Of a DNA stretch of 64,000 bases, positions 39,770-52,055 are shown piece after piece (the first letter of the stretch is position 1; every line of letters begins with the position of its first letter). The DNA lies in assembly GCA_000004695.1 (NCBI GenBank), contig CM000153.2, positions 1,856,001 to 1,920,000 on the forward strand, given 5' to 3'. Source of the DNA: Dictyostelium discoideum. Lineage: Eukaryota. Position numbers and translations under genes: made by a program. Below the pieces are notes generated by a model. The model worked only from the letters and a program-made list of their open reading frames with translations. It was not told the origin of the DNA and did not search any database.

Positions 39770-40090
39770 AGTGATAGGATTAATGTATACATTGATTTTT
39801 CCTATTTTTTTTTTTTTTTTTAAAAAAAAAAAACAAACCAAACAAGTTTATTTTCATTTTTTTTTTTTTAAAAAAAAAGCAATATTAAGTTAAATGATAA
39901 ACAAAGAAATATTTTTCCAATTCATTAATCCAATAAAATTTTAAATTATAAACATTTTTTTTATTCATATTTTTGTTCTTATTTTTATTTTTTTTTTTTT
40001 TTTTTTTATTAAAAAATATATAATCACCAATTAATCGAGTTGGTAATTTTTTAAAATTTATATTGTTATATTGTTATTTTTATAGGATTT

Positions 40091-40153
<63 letters not shown>

Positions 40154-40159
40154 TAATTA

Positions 40160-41120
40160 TTAAAGACTACTTGAAATTGAAAGACTTTGATATTCAGCAC
40201 TCAATAAACCATCTCTTGCATAGTGAGGATTTATTCTATTCTTTGGTAAAGAACACTCTTTTGAAAATAATGAATTAAAATTCATGAAATAAACAAAAAC
40301 ACCAATTGATAAACCAATAACAGATCCTGCTAAAATCTATTTATTATTTATTATAATTAATATTGGGTGAGAAAAAAAAAAAATGGAAAATAAAAAAAAA
40401 AAAATGGAAAATAAAAAAAAAAAAAGGTGGGAAATAAAAAAAAAAAATAAAAAAAAAAATTTTAATATGAAAAATACTTACATCAGAAAAATCATGATGA
40501 TAATCAACAGTTCTTGAAACAGCAACTAAAGCAGATATCATAAATGGACAAAGACAAACTAATGCTTTTAAAATATTACCACCATCTTTTAGGAAAACTT
40601 TAGTTTTACCACAAAGATAGAATGAGAGAAAAGTCATACCACAAAATGAAACTGAAGAATGACCAGATGGGAAAGATACACGACCCTCTCTAATGACAGC
40701 TTCGATACCAGTTGCAACACGTGCACCGTAATCTGGACGGTAACGACCAGCACTAACTTTTAAAATGTCAGTGAATAGCATTGTGATTGTGAATGCTTGA
40801 AATAAACCTAATGCTGCGTGATGGAAGTCATGTGAATTTCTATTCTTTATATAATATCCAATGAATACTACCATTGGTAATCCAAGTGCAATTAACATTA
40901 GTAACCAAACTGGCACAATGTCTGGTAATAATGGATATTGAACTAATTGAAAAGTATTGGTTGATATATTTGATTCTGGTTCATAACGTTTGAATGGTGG
41001 AATTACAAAATTAAATAAAACACTCTCAATTACAAATATACCTAAACAAAGAAACCAATCAATTAAATGCTGTTTGGTGAACCATGTAGTTTTACCATAA
41101 AATGAAACTCTGTGAATCAT
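40160..41120 (-). CDS. PAP2-family lipid phosphate phosphatase, about 270 aa; exons 40478..41120 and 40160..40329
   Basis: The three PAP2 motifs KVSAGRYRPDY (KxxxxxxRP), FPSGHSS (PSGH), SRTVDYHHDFSD (SRxxxxxHxxxD). A phase 1 splice (donor GTATTTTT, acceptor ttttag) gives ..HHDFSDV|TGSVIGLSIGVFVYF, matching the LPP C-terminal helix. Six predicted TM segments. Confidence 0.75.
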
Positions 41121-42346
41121 TTTTCTATATATGTTCTATATTTTGATTTTTTATTTTTTATTTGATTATTTCTTGAAATTTTAAAAAATAAAAAAAAATT
41201 TTGACACCCCTGTTTTGTGTTTAGTGTTTTTTTTTTGAAAAAAAAAAAAAAAAAAAAAAAATAAGAAAAAATAAAAAAATAAGAAAAAATAAAAAAGATA
41301 TTTTATTTTTTGTAAAAATGATGATTGGGTCGTAAAAAAAAAAAAAAAAAAAAACATTTTAAATTTGTTAATAAAAAAAAAATCTAATAATTGTTTAATT
41401 TAAATTAATTATTTTTTAATATAATACATACGATAAAAAACAAAAAACAAAAAACAAAAAAAAAACAATGTTTTATTTATTTTTTTTTTAAAGTCTTTCT
41501 ATATATATTGATGGAATTGGGAAATAAAAAAATAAAAAAAAAAATAAAAAAAATAAAATTTATTTTAAAAAAAAAAAAAAAAAACAATACATTGTCGTTG
41601 AAAAAAAAAAAAAAATTAAAATTAATTTAAAAAAAAAAAAAAAGAAAAATGGTTACAAAATTGAACGTTTTAATATATTATTTATTTTTACATGTATTAA
41701 ACTATTCCGTCATTAATTTTTTAAAATATTTATATTTAAAAATAAATAATTTAAAAAATAAAAAATTTAAAAAATATCTTTTTTTATAATCGCAAATAAA
41801 AATAAAAATAAAACCCCAAAAATGGAATTTGAGAGTTTTTTTTTTTTTTTTTTTTTATTTTTTGATGTTAATAAAAGAAAAAAAAAAAATTTTGGTAAAA
41901 AAAAAAAAAAAAAATTGGAAAATAGCACTGAAATACCACGAATTATGTTGGATTTATAAAATATCTGTTTTTTTTTTTTAAATTTGTAAATAACTCATTT
42001 TGTTTTTTTTAAAAAAAATAAATAAAAAATAAAAAATAAAAAATAAAAAAAGATATTTAACACAAGAAATAAAAGAGTATTATTTATTTAATTTTATATT
42101 ATTCTATTTTATAAATATTATTTCTATTTTTTTTTTTTTTTTTTTTTAATTTTTATTATTTTTTTTTTTAAAATTTTTTTTTTTTTCCTTTATTTCTTTT
42201 TTTTTTAATTTTTTTATTTTTAATTTTTATATCTAAAATTTATTTATTTATTTTTAGAAAAAAAAAAAAATAAAAATAAATAAAAAAAAAAAAAAAAACT
42301 AAACACATATATTAATTAATATATAATAAATTTATTAATATCAATA

Positions 42347-42564
42347 CTATTTTGGATCAGTTTGCTTTCTCCACTCAGAGTATTCATCAAGAAGCACGGG
42401 CCATGCACCATTTTCATCATAATTTGAACAATTTGCATTAATAATTTTTGAAAACTCTAAAATTGAAAGCCATTGGTCCATATTTAAAACTTTATAACTT
42501 TTTTGCTATTTTTGCATAAAAAAATAAAAAAATAATTATTATATTAATATTTATGTCTATATAA

Positions 42565-42623
<59 letters not shown>

Positions 42624-43583
42624 TAATCAATTAATCAATACTCACTTGCATTAAAAATTCTTGTAATTTTTCAGTATGTGGATATCTATCGGCTAAAACT
42701 AATTGAAGCATACTACAAGCACTTTCTAAATCTAAAATTTTATTATTTTCATTTTCTTTTGCAAAAATGAAAGCGAATCTATAAATATCTTTGAAATTAT
42801 TTGGATTATCCAAATCCTTTTTAAATGTTGGTAAATGTTGTTGAAGCTTTTGTAGAGAATCGATGTTCAACTTTGAAAGACCTTGTGTAAACTCTGCTTT
42901 TGAAAAATAACCCATTTGTTTTGCACCTAAATGCCATGCCAATACTAATACAACTACATCCTCTGGTTCAACTCCTAAATCTTTACATAATCTAGTTATA
43001 CCATCTGGTCCTATTACATTATTATCATCTTCGTCCTTATATTTATCGAAAAAGTCTTCTATTCTCTTTCCTTTATCTTCTATTTTATTATTATTACTAT
43101 TACTATTATTACTACTAATATTATTATTATTATTATTATTATTATTGCTTCTATATATAGGTAAGGTGTGTTAATATAACTCATATGTCTAAATATTGAA
43201 ATATTCAAAGGAAATACATACGATATTGATACTTTATTATTAACATTATTAACGCTAGTTTGATTGGTTTCAGGTTTAATAGCTACATTATTTTGTGGAG
43301 TTGCAGTTGGTGTATTATTGGTTGTTACATTGCCTGTATTTGTAGTTGGTTCTATTAGTTTCATTTTATATATATATAATCATATCAAAATTATGGTCAT
43401 CATTTATTTATTTATTTATTTATTATATTTTTATATTTTTAAAATATTTTATATTAATAAATAAAAAAATTTGAAATAAAATAAGTGGGTGTATATATAT
43501 ATATAAAATTGCATACCATTTTTCTTTTTATTTGTAGTTGTAGGTGTTGAAGCTGTTGATTTCTTTGAAGGATTATTACCCAT
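42347..43583 (-). CDS. DCN1-like (defective in cullin neddylation; PONY/DCUN1 domain) protein, 286 aa, N-myristoylation-type start MGNNPSK; exons 43517..43583, 43222..43351, 42646..43150, 42347..42505
   Basis: The PONY domain is collinear with human DCUN1D1: [86 protein letters not shown]. All four exon phases sum to 287 codons. The last intron carries (CAAT)17 and uses a GTGAGT donor. The 43080..43364 ORF-track start (MKLIEP) is partly intron. Confidence 0.75.
42567..42638. repeat. (CAAT)about17 tetranucleotide microsatellite in the DCN1-like intron
   Basis: CAATCAATCAAT.. then AATTAATCAATTAATCAAT. Confidence 0.9.
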
Positions 43584-44362
43584 TTTTTTATATTGTTATA
43601 TTGTTTTATATTTTATTTTATTTTATTTATGTTTACAAACTATTTATTGATGACTATAAAATGTCTAAAATTTTATAGTTTTATAATATTTTTTCTTTCT
43701 TTAAAAAAAATTTTAGTGATTGTAGGATGGCTGTACAAAATAAAATTGATTTTATTTTTTATTAAAATTTTGTTTATTGTTTTTGTTTTTTTTGTTTTTT
43801 TATTTTTGTTTTTAATTTTTAATATTGTATAAAAATAATAAGGTGTATGTGTATTTAAATAAAAAAATTAAAAAAATAAAAAAAAAAATAATTGATTTTT
43901 GATAATTTTTAAAATAATAGATAAAAATGAAGGGGTTGGTGGTGCGAGTAAGAGAAATAAATAAATTTAAGGGGTGGTGAGTGGAGTGAGTGTATGTTGG
44001 TTAAATAAATAAAATTTTTTTTTTTCTTTTCTTTTTTTTTTTTTTTTTTTTTTTTTAAAAACTTATCAATAATAAATTAAAATTATTGATCTATTTATTA
44101 CTAAAGAAATTAAATATATATATATATATTTTTTTTTTTTTAAAAAAATCTTTTGTTTCTATTTTTTTATTTTTAATTTATCCCAAATAAAAAAAAAAAA
44201 AAAAAATTAAAAAAAAATATAAATAAAAAAAAAAAAAAAAAAAAAAATATAAATAAAAAAATTCAAAAAAAAATTTTCAAAAAAAAAAAAAAAAAAAATA
44301 AAAAAAAAGTTTTTAGTTTACCACACAGCACAGCTGATACAACAAAACTTTTTTTTTTATTA

Positions 44363-44398
<36 letters not shown>

Positions 44399-44512
44399 AA
44401 ATAATATCTCAAAGTTGATTAATAAATTTTTCATTGAAAAAAAAAAAAAAAAAGTAAGATTTTTTTTTAAAATCAATTTCAAGTAACACCCACCGATCAA
44501 TTAATTTATAAA

Positions 44513-45488
44513 ATGAATAACAAACAACCAAAATATCAAGAAGATGATTTTTATGGTTCAGATGAACATTTTGAAAATGATGAAATTAAAAAAGTTGATT
44601 ATTTATCAAATAAAGATTTAGATAGATCAATTCAAAAAATTGCACCCGTATGTATTTTTTTTAAATATTTTTAATTTACTATTTCAAATTCTAACCAAAC
44701 CCCACCCACCCTTCCCCCTCCTTTTTTATACTTATTTTTTATTTTTTATTTTTTATTTTTTTATTTTTTTATTTTTTATTTTTTTTTTTTTAAAATAGAT
44801 AGGATACACTGATGGATTAGAGATTGGAAAAGAATTAACATTACAAAGAGGATTTAATGAAGGATTTAAAGAAGCATCAGGTATTAGTTATAAATGGTCA
44901 TTATTATTAGGTTTAGTTAGTTCAGTTGATGTATTCTTTCATAATAATAAACAAACAATGTTTGATCAAGAGTCAAAAGATACATCTATTTTAAGTAATT
45001 TGGTTGATAAAATTAATAGATTAATAAAAGAACATTGTAGCTCTCCAACAATTGAACAACTTAAAGATGAATTCTTAAATTTTAAAGATATTTCAATAAA
45101 CGATAAAGATCAAACTACAACATCAACCTCAACAGAATTACCAACAAAATCATGTAAAAATGAAGAATCTGAATGTTGTGGTAATGGTAGTTGTGAAAAA
45201 GAAGTTGAAAATGAAAAATGTGAAGATGATGATGATGACAGTGATGGTTGTTGTGGTGGTGGTGGTAATACTAATGATCAAGGTTGTTGTAAATCAAAAA
45301 ACAATAAAGAAGAAGAAGAAGAAACTAAACAACTTGAGAAATTTCAATTCATCATAGATAAAATGGGTGGTCAATTATTTGATGAATTAAGTAAAGAGTG
45401 TGTTGATACAATCTCTTCATTCGGACTTGATGGTCAAAAAATGTTAAATGATTGTTTATCAAAAAAGTTTAGGGTTACTATCAATTAA
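44513..45488 (+). CDS. Yae1-domain (YAE1/LTO1-ORAOV1 family, deca-GX3 motif) protein, 274 aa; exons 44513..44647 and 44799..45488
   Basis: IGYTDGLEIGKELTLQRGFNEGFKEASGISYKWSLLLG has repeated G-x3 spacing typical of Yae1_N. The acidic/Cys-rich tail reads CCGNGSCEKE..CCGGGGN..GCC. Confidence 0.6.
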
Positions 45489-45735
45489 TCATAGCTTTAT
45501 TAAAAGTAGTAGCAGTAATTCAACTAAAAAAACTTTATCAACTCAATTCAACTACAACACCAAACAACCACCACCACAGTATTAGAAAAGTTTGGAGAGT
45601 TGAATGACAAGATAAAATACAAATAATAATAGTATTTAAATATTATTTACTAAATCCGTCCTCTATAGGTATTAGAAATATATGCATGCATAATAATTAA
45701 AAATAAAGGTTTATTTAATTTTTAAATTTATTTAT

Positions 45736-46909
45736 TTATTTATTTATTTTAGTATGTTTTTTAATTATATTAATAATATTATTTATATGAACAATATCAT
45801 CATTGTTTTTATTAAGAGATGAAAGAGAAATTACATTTGGATCAGTATCGTCAATAGAAACTGTTGTGAAGACATTTGACTTTGAGGATTTAACATTCTC
45901 ATATACCATATTGGTAAGAACTGGATGAGGGGAAATTTCAACAAAAATTAGTTTTTTTGCACCATTTAATTCAAACTTTTTAATAATATCATGAGTTATT
46001 GATTCAGCATCAACACAAGATCTAATACTTTCAAAAATATTGAATGGATTTGATTGATCATAGAGTTTACCATTATATGAGCAATAAGTTTGAATGATTG
46101 AATTTGAATTTGAATTTTTGATTTCAACATCTTTAGTTTTATTAGCATAGTCTTTAATACAATCTAATGCTGATGAATGAAAAGGGATTTTCGAAGGTAT
46201 TCTTTTAATGAAAATATTATTTTCTTTAAACTCTTTTTCCAATTGTTCAAATTGTTCTAAATTACAAGTTGCCATTAAAGTTGAAGAATTTGAAAATTTG
46301 GCAGAAACTTCAAGATCTGAGTATTTGTTAGAGTATTTTTCATTGAATTGATCTGCTCCCATTTTTATGAAAAATGGTATACCATTTGGGTTTAAATTAT
46401 AAAATGTGTCCATTAATTTTGCTCTTTCAATAAGTAAATCACATACTGATTTTAATGATAAAATACCAGAACAGTATAAACTTGCCATTTCACCACAACT
46501 AATTATATAAATATATTTAATAATTAATAATTATAATAATAATAAAAATAATAATAATGATTAAAATAATAAAAAACAATTACCTAATACCAAAAATACA
46601 AGATGGTAATATCATTTCACTTTTTAATAGTTCAAACATTGAAACTTGAAACATAAATAAAATTGAATGTGTTAAATATTGGTCTTCATTGTTTTTATCT
46701 TCATTTGTTGATTTTCTTAATTTATTTAACATTGATTCACCATTAAAATAATTTATTTTTAAATAATTATCAATTTTATCCATTGATTCTCTAAAAATTT
46801 TATTTCCTTTATAAAGTTCTAATGCCATTTCACCCCAATGCACTGCTTGACCACAAAAATGAAAAACAATTGGATTTAACTTTGAAAAATCATCAATATT
46901 ACTATTCAT
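45736..46909 (-). CDS. Standalone PKS-type acyltransferase (malonyl-CoA:ACP transacylase-like) paralog 1, 362 aa; exons 46584..46909 and 45736..46498
   Basis: N-terminal VFHFCGQAVHW (cf. FxFPGQGSQ), FRESMDKID, QYLTHSILFMFQVSMFELL, active site across the intron CIFGI|SCGEMASLYCSG (GxSxGE), His motif IPFHSSALD, C-terminal LIFVEISPHPVL. The same phase 2 intron position occurs in all three paralogs. Confidence 0.8.
46584..46909 (-). CDS. paralog 1 exon 1 (detail)
   Basis: Exon-level coordinates for the preceding gene. Donor AG|gtaattg on the minus strand. Confidence 0.7.
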
Positions 46910-47617
46910 ATTATCTATGTATTTAAGTATTTATATGTATATATAAATATGTATGTATATATAATTATATATTTAAATAATTTTAAATAAAAAAAATTAA
47001 TTAATTAAATTAATTTTAAGTTAGTATTTATTGTTTTTTTTTTTTTTATTTTTTTAATTTTTTTTTTTTGGTTTTTTTTTTTTTTTTTTTTGTATATTTA
47101 TCGATATCTTACTTTTTTTATCCACCATCCTTGTAATTTGAGAGCTTTTTTAATTTTCAAAATTTTTTTTGAGTGGTAAAAATATATAAATAGATGTGAG
47201 ATTAATAATATATTTTTTTTTTTATTTTTTTTTAAAAAAATTAATATTTTTATTTTTATTATTATATTTTTATTATTATATTTTAATTTTTTATTTTCAA
47301 ATAATAAAAGTAATAAAAAATAATTTAATTTACAGTTTTTATTTTTGGAGTTGCATTCATTTCACATTGTTTATTTTTATTCATTTGGAAGATAATTAAA
47401 ATTCTTAATCAAGTGAGAAAACAATTTTTTTTTTTTTTTATTTTTTTTTTTTTAAATTAGAATATTACTGATCATCATCCTAACATCATATCATTAAATC
47501 TTTTAGATTATTATTTCATTTATTTTTTATTTATTTTTTATTTATACTTAATTTTTTTAGTGGTGTTTAATTTTTATTTTTTTTTTATTTTATTTTTATT
47601 TTAATTATTGTGTAATC

Positions 47618-47722
<105 letters not shown>

Positions 47723-47725
47723 AAG

Positions 47726-48474
47726 TTATAAATTTCTTTTTAAAATTTCTAAAATTTCATTAAAATGAATATTGTCATTATTGTTTTTATTTAATGAGGA
47801 AAGTGCTATTACATTTGGATTATTTTCAATATTTGAAGTTGTTGTGAAAATTGTTGATTTAAAAGTTTTTACAATTTCAAACATATAAGGTGAACTAATT
47901 GGATGAGGTGATAATTCAACAAATATGACTTTTTCTTTACCATTTGATTCTAGTGTTCTTAATATATCTTCAATAGCAACTTTAGTACAAAGACAATCTC
48001 TTATACTTCTAAATATGTTGAATGGATTATTTTCATTATAGATTTTACCATTTGATGATGTATAAGTTGGAATTTTGAATGAAAATTCATTAAATTCAAT
48101 ATCCTTTATTTTCAAAGCATCTTCTTTAACACAATCAATAACAGATGTGTGAAATGGGATTTGTGTATTTAATCTTTTAGTTTGAATTCCATTTTCATTT
48201 AACTCTTTAAAAACCTGTTCAAATTGTTCAGAGTTACATGTACCAAATAATGTAAAAGAGTCTGTATGACGACCACCAATTTCAACATCTGGATATTTCT
48301 TTGAATAGTTTTTAATGAAATCATCACATCCAATTGAACCAAAAAATGAAAATCCTTTTGGACACTTTTTCAACACAACATCCAATAACTTTGCTCTGTC
48401 CATTATTAAATCACATGCTGATTTTAATGTTAATGCACCAGAGCAATATAAACTTGCCATTTCTCCACAACTTT

Positions 48475-48517
<43 letters not shown>

Positions 48518-48903
48518 GAATAATAATAATAATAATTTTTAAATTAGTAAAAATATTAAATATTAAATTATAATAATAATAAAATTAATTACCTAACACC
48601 ATAAATAAAAGATGGATTTACACCTTCGCTTTTATATAATTCAAATAATGAAACTTGAAACATAAATAAAACTGAATGTGTTAAATATTGATCTTTATTT
48701 GGAGATTCATCATCACCAAGTGATCTTAATTTATTTAACATTGATTCACCATCAAAATAATTTATTTTTAAATAATTATCAATTCTATCCATTGATTCTC
48801 TAAAAATTCGATTTCCACTATAAAGTTCTAATGCCATTGTTTTCCAAAGTGTAGCTTGACCACAAAAAATAAAAACAATTGATGAATTATCATAACTATT
48901 CAT
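47726..48903 (-). CDS. Standalone PKS-type acyltransferase paralog 2, 351 aa; exons 48593..48903 and 47726..48470
   Basis: VFIFCGQATLW, FRESMDRID, FIYGV|SCGEMASLYCSGALTLKSACDLIMDRAKLL, IPFHTSVID, VIFVELSPHPIS. The intron contains (ATT)n. Confidence 0.8.
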
Positions 48904-49320
48904 TTTAAATTATTTACAAGGGTATAAAAAATTATTTATAAAAATTAAACACTACAAATGTTTTTTTTTTAAAAAAATAAAAAATAAATTTATTTTGTTT
49001 AAAAAAAAAATGTTTAGTGTGGTGTTTTTTTATTTTTATTTTTATTTTTATTTATTTTTTTTTTTTTTAAAAAATTAATTATTAAAAATTTTAAATCAAA
49101 AAAATTATTTAATCAAAGATTTAAATGATATGTATTTGAACGATACAAAATTGTATTAAAACTAATAAAAAAAAAAAAAAGTAAAAAAAAAAAATTTTTT
49201 GGAGAGCATATATTCCAAGTTATCTGCCTTCCCTATATTCTGTTTTTTCAAATTATTTACCTTTTTTTTTTTTTTTTAAATATTTGATACCTGTTTTTTT
49301 TATTCATTTTAATTTAATTT

Positions 49321-49323
<3 letters not shown>

Positions 49324-49388
<65 letters not shown>
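49324..49388. repeat. T(65) homopolymer between AT paralogs 2 and 3
   Basis: Read directly. One of many runs over 40 nt (also A43 at 143..185, A about 50 at 35860..35930, T45 at 22439..22483). Confidence 0.9.
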
Positions 49389-49391
<3 letters not shown>

Positions 49392-49433
49392 GGATATATT
49401 AAATATTAAATATTACTTATTATTATTAAAATT

Positions 49434-50586
49434 TTAAAAGAGTTTTTTAATTTCTGAAATTGTTTCATTAATTGATATGATATCATTTTTTGATCTTTCA
49501 AGTGTTGGTAAAAAAGTTATATTGTTTTTGTAATTTTCACGCAAAGAATTAAACAATTTTGAATCTATGGTTTTTAATGATTCTTTAATAGTTGGGATCA
49601 TTGTTGGATTTGGTGATATTTCTACTACGATAACATTTGTTCCTCCATTTTCTTCAATAAATTTAAAAATATTATGATGAGTTTTAACATTTTGGACTGT
49701 ATTTCTAAGATTTTTAAAAAGATAATTTTGATCAAATTTTAATGAACTATTATTAAACATTTCACCAGTTACACTCGAGAATAATGGTATTGCTGATGGT
49801 TTTGGTATGAATATCTGTTTTAAAACATCATCTTTTATACAATCCATTGCACTAGTGTGAAATGCAATTTGTGCAGGATAACTTTTTACTTGATATCCTT
49901 GTTTCAATACATCATCATAGAGTCTATCAACTTGTTCTATGTCACCACATCCAACATAAACGTGTTTTGGTGATAATATTGCTGCCATTTCAACATTTGG
50001 ATATTTCTCTGAAAATAGTCTATTGTATTCTTCACAACTAATATCAATTCCAATTAATTTTGCAGGTGCATTTAATGATCTTACCTTTGATGTCATTGAT
50101 GCTCTAAAAAATGAAATATCGCAAGCAGTTTCTAAATCAAGTGTTCCTGAACAATATGCTGCTGATATTTCTCCACAACTATTACGTATAATAGAATAGA
50201 ATAAATAAATAAATAAATAAATATAATTATTATTTTTTTTTACTTTTTTTCTTTTTATAATATGTTTGTTACCTTGTTCCAAAAATTACAGACGGAGATA
50301 TTCCTTCACTTTTTAATAATTCAAAAATTGATACTTGAAACATGAATAAAAATGAATGAACAACAAATTGATCTCTATTTGGGATTGCATCATCTGGCTG
50401 AGTTCTTAATTTGTTTAGCATTGATTCCCCATTAAAATATTTATTTTTAATAAAACAGTCAAGTTTATCCATTGATTCTTTAAAAACTTTATTTCCATTA
50501 TATAGATCAAGTGCTAATGTTTTTGTTTGTAATGCTTGTCCACAAAAACTAAAAAATATAAATGGTTTATTATCATTTTTAATCAT
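49434..50586 (-). CDS. Standalone PKS-type acyltransferase paralog 3, 352 aa; exons 50273..50586 and 49434..50178
   Basis: FIFFSFCGQALQ, FKESMDKLD, VIFGT|SCGEISAAYCSG, IAFHTSAMD, VIVVEISPNPTM. Confidence 0.8.
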
Positions 50587-50722
50587 TTTTTTAAAAAATT
50601 ATTTAAAACAGTTTTAAAAAAAAAGAATAAAAAAAAAAAAAAATAAAAAAAATTATTTGTGTGACATTTTAAAAAAATTGACATGTCTAATAAATTAATA
50701 TAAAAAATAAAAACAAAAACAG

Positions 50723-50757
<35 letters not shown>

Positions 50758-50990
50758 TAAATTTTTAGATTTTAAATTATCTAAACTTCCAAGTTGGTGG
50801 AGGATAAAAAAAAATATAAAAACCAAACTGGTGAAAGTTATAGAGACGTTGTAATTGGATAAATTGAAAAAAAAAAAAAAATAAAATAAAATAATAAAAC
50901 ATTTATATTTAATTAAGAAGTCTTTATTTTTTATTAAAAAAAAAAAAAAAAAAAAAAGAAAATAAAAAAAAACAAAAAACAAAAACATAT

Positions 50991-51054
50991 TTATGGCCAA
51001 GAATTAAAAACTGGATTATTTTTAGTGGAATTTTGATGATTATTATTATTATTA

Positions 51055-51125
<71 letters not shown>

Positions 51126-52016
51126 TTCATTATTATTATTTTCATTTTCATTTTTAATTTTAATTTTAATTTTTAATAATTCTAATCTCTTTTTTAAAGA
51201 TAAAATTGATTTTCTTTTTCTTAAAGATTGTTTTAAAGAATTTGATTCAAGTTTTTCAACTTTTGAACGAGTTAAAAAACTATTAAAAACCAAACTTTTA
51301 TCTAATCTATCTCTGGATTTCTTTGATATTGATCTTAGAATTTCCATACGATGTTTCTCTAAATGAATGATATAATCAACGATGGATTCACTCATTTCCT
51401 CATTGATATTTTGAGATGGATCACAAGTTGCACCAACGATTTGTCTAGCGTGACCACAAACTCTACAAATTAAAAATGGTAAAACATCATCAGTGAATTC
51501 ATTATTAGTGTCGAAATCAAAATTATCAGAGGTCTCTAAATTGATATCTAGGCCTGGTAAAGTGAATAAACTGCCATAGGCTTTATAAACTATAGTTTCC
51601 AAAGGTAAATTTTTGAAACATAATATATCATCTTTTAAAAGGTAGTCATGTGATAGTACATCATTTGAATCTGGATTGACACCAGTATCTCTCTCTCTCT
51701 TTTCAGATAAGATTGCTTCTTTTTGATGAAGTTCATCATCATAGTTATAATTGAAATCATAATTTGAAATACACTCTTGATTATCATCTGTACTACTATT
51801 TGAATCTTCTCTACTATTTTTATGATCATTATTTTTAAATATTACACTATCACTAATACTATCACCACCACCATAATCATAATCTTCATCATCATCATCA
51901 TCATCATCATTATCATCATCATCGTTATCATCATCATCATCTTCATCATCTCCATTTTCTTCACTATTATCACGATCATCATTTGTTAATGTATTTTGGA
52001 TTCTTTCTAAAAATCT

Positions 52017-52055
<39 letters not shown>

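Noticed and set aside
43080-43364. MKLIEP.. start of ORF-track entry as the DCN1-like start codon
   Set aside because: The ATG lies inside an intron (acceptor ctaatag|AACC at 43352/43351). The true start is the MGNNPSK mini-exon at 43583.
43264-43832. Plus-strand ORFs 43264..43464 and 43593..43832
   Set aside because: Antisense to or intronic within the DCN1-like gene. Hydrophobic low-complexity.
50695-51151. Poly-Phe and poly-Ile ORFs
   Set aside because: Frames through A(35) and (AAT)n sequence, overlapping the real poly-Asn-ending gene on the same strand in another frame.
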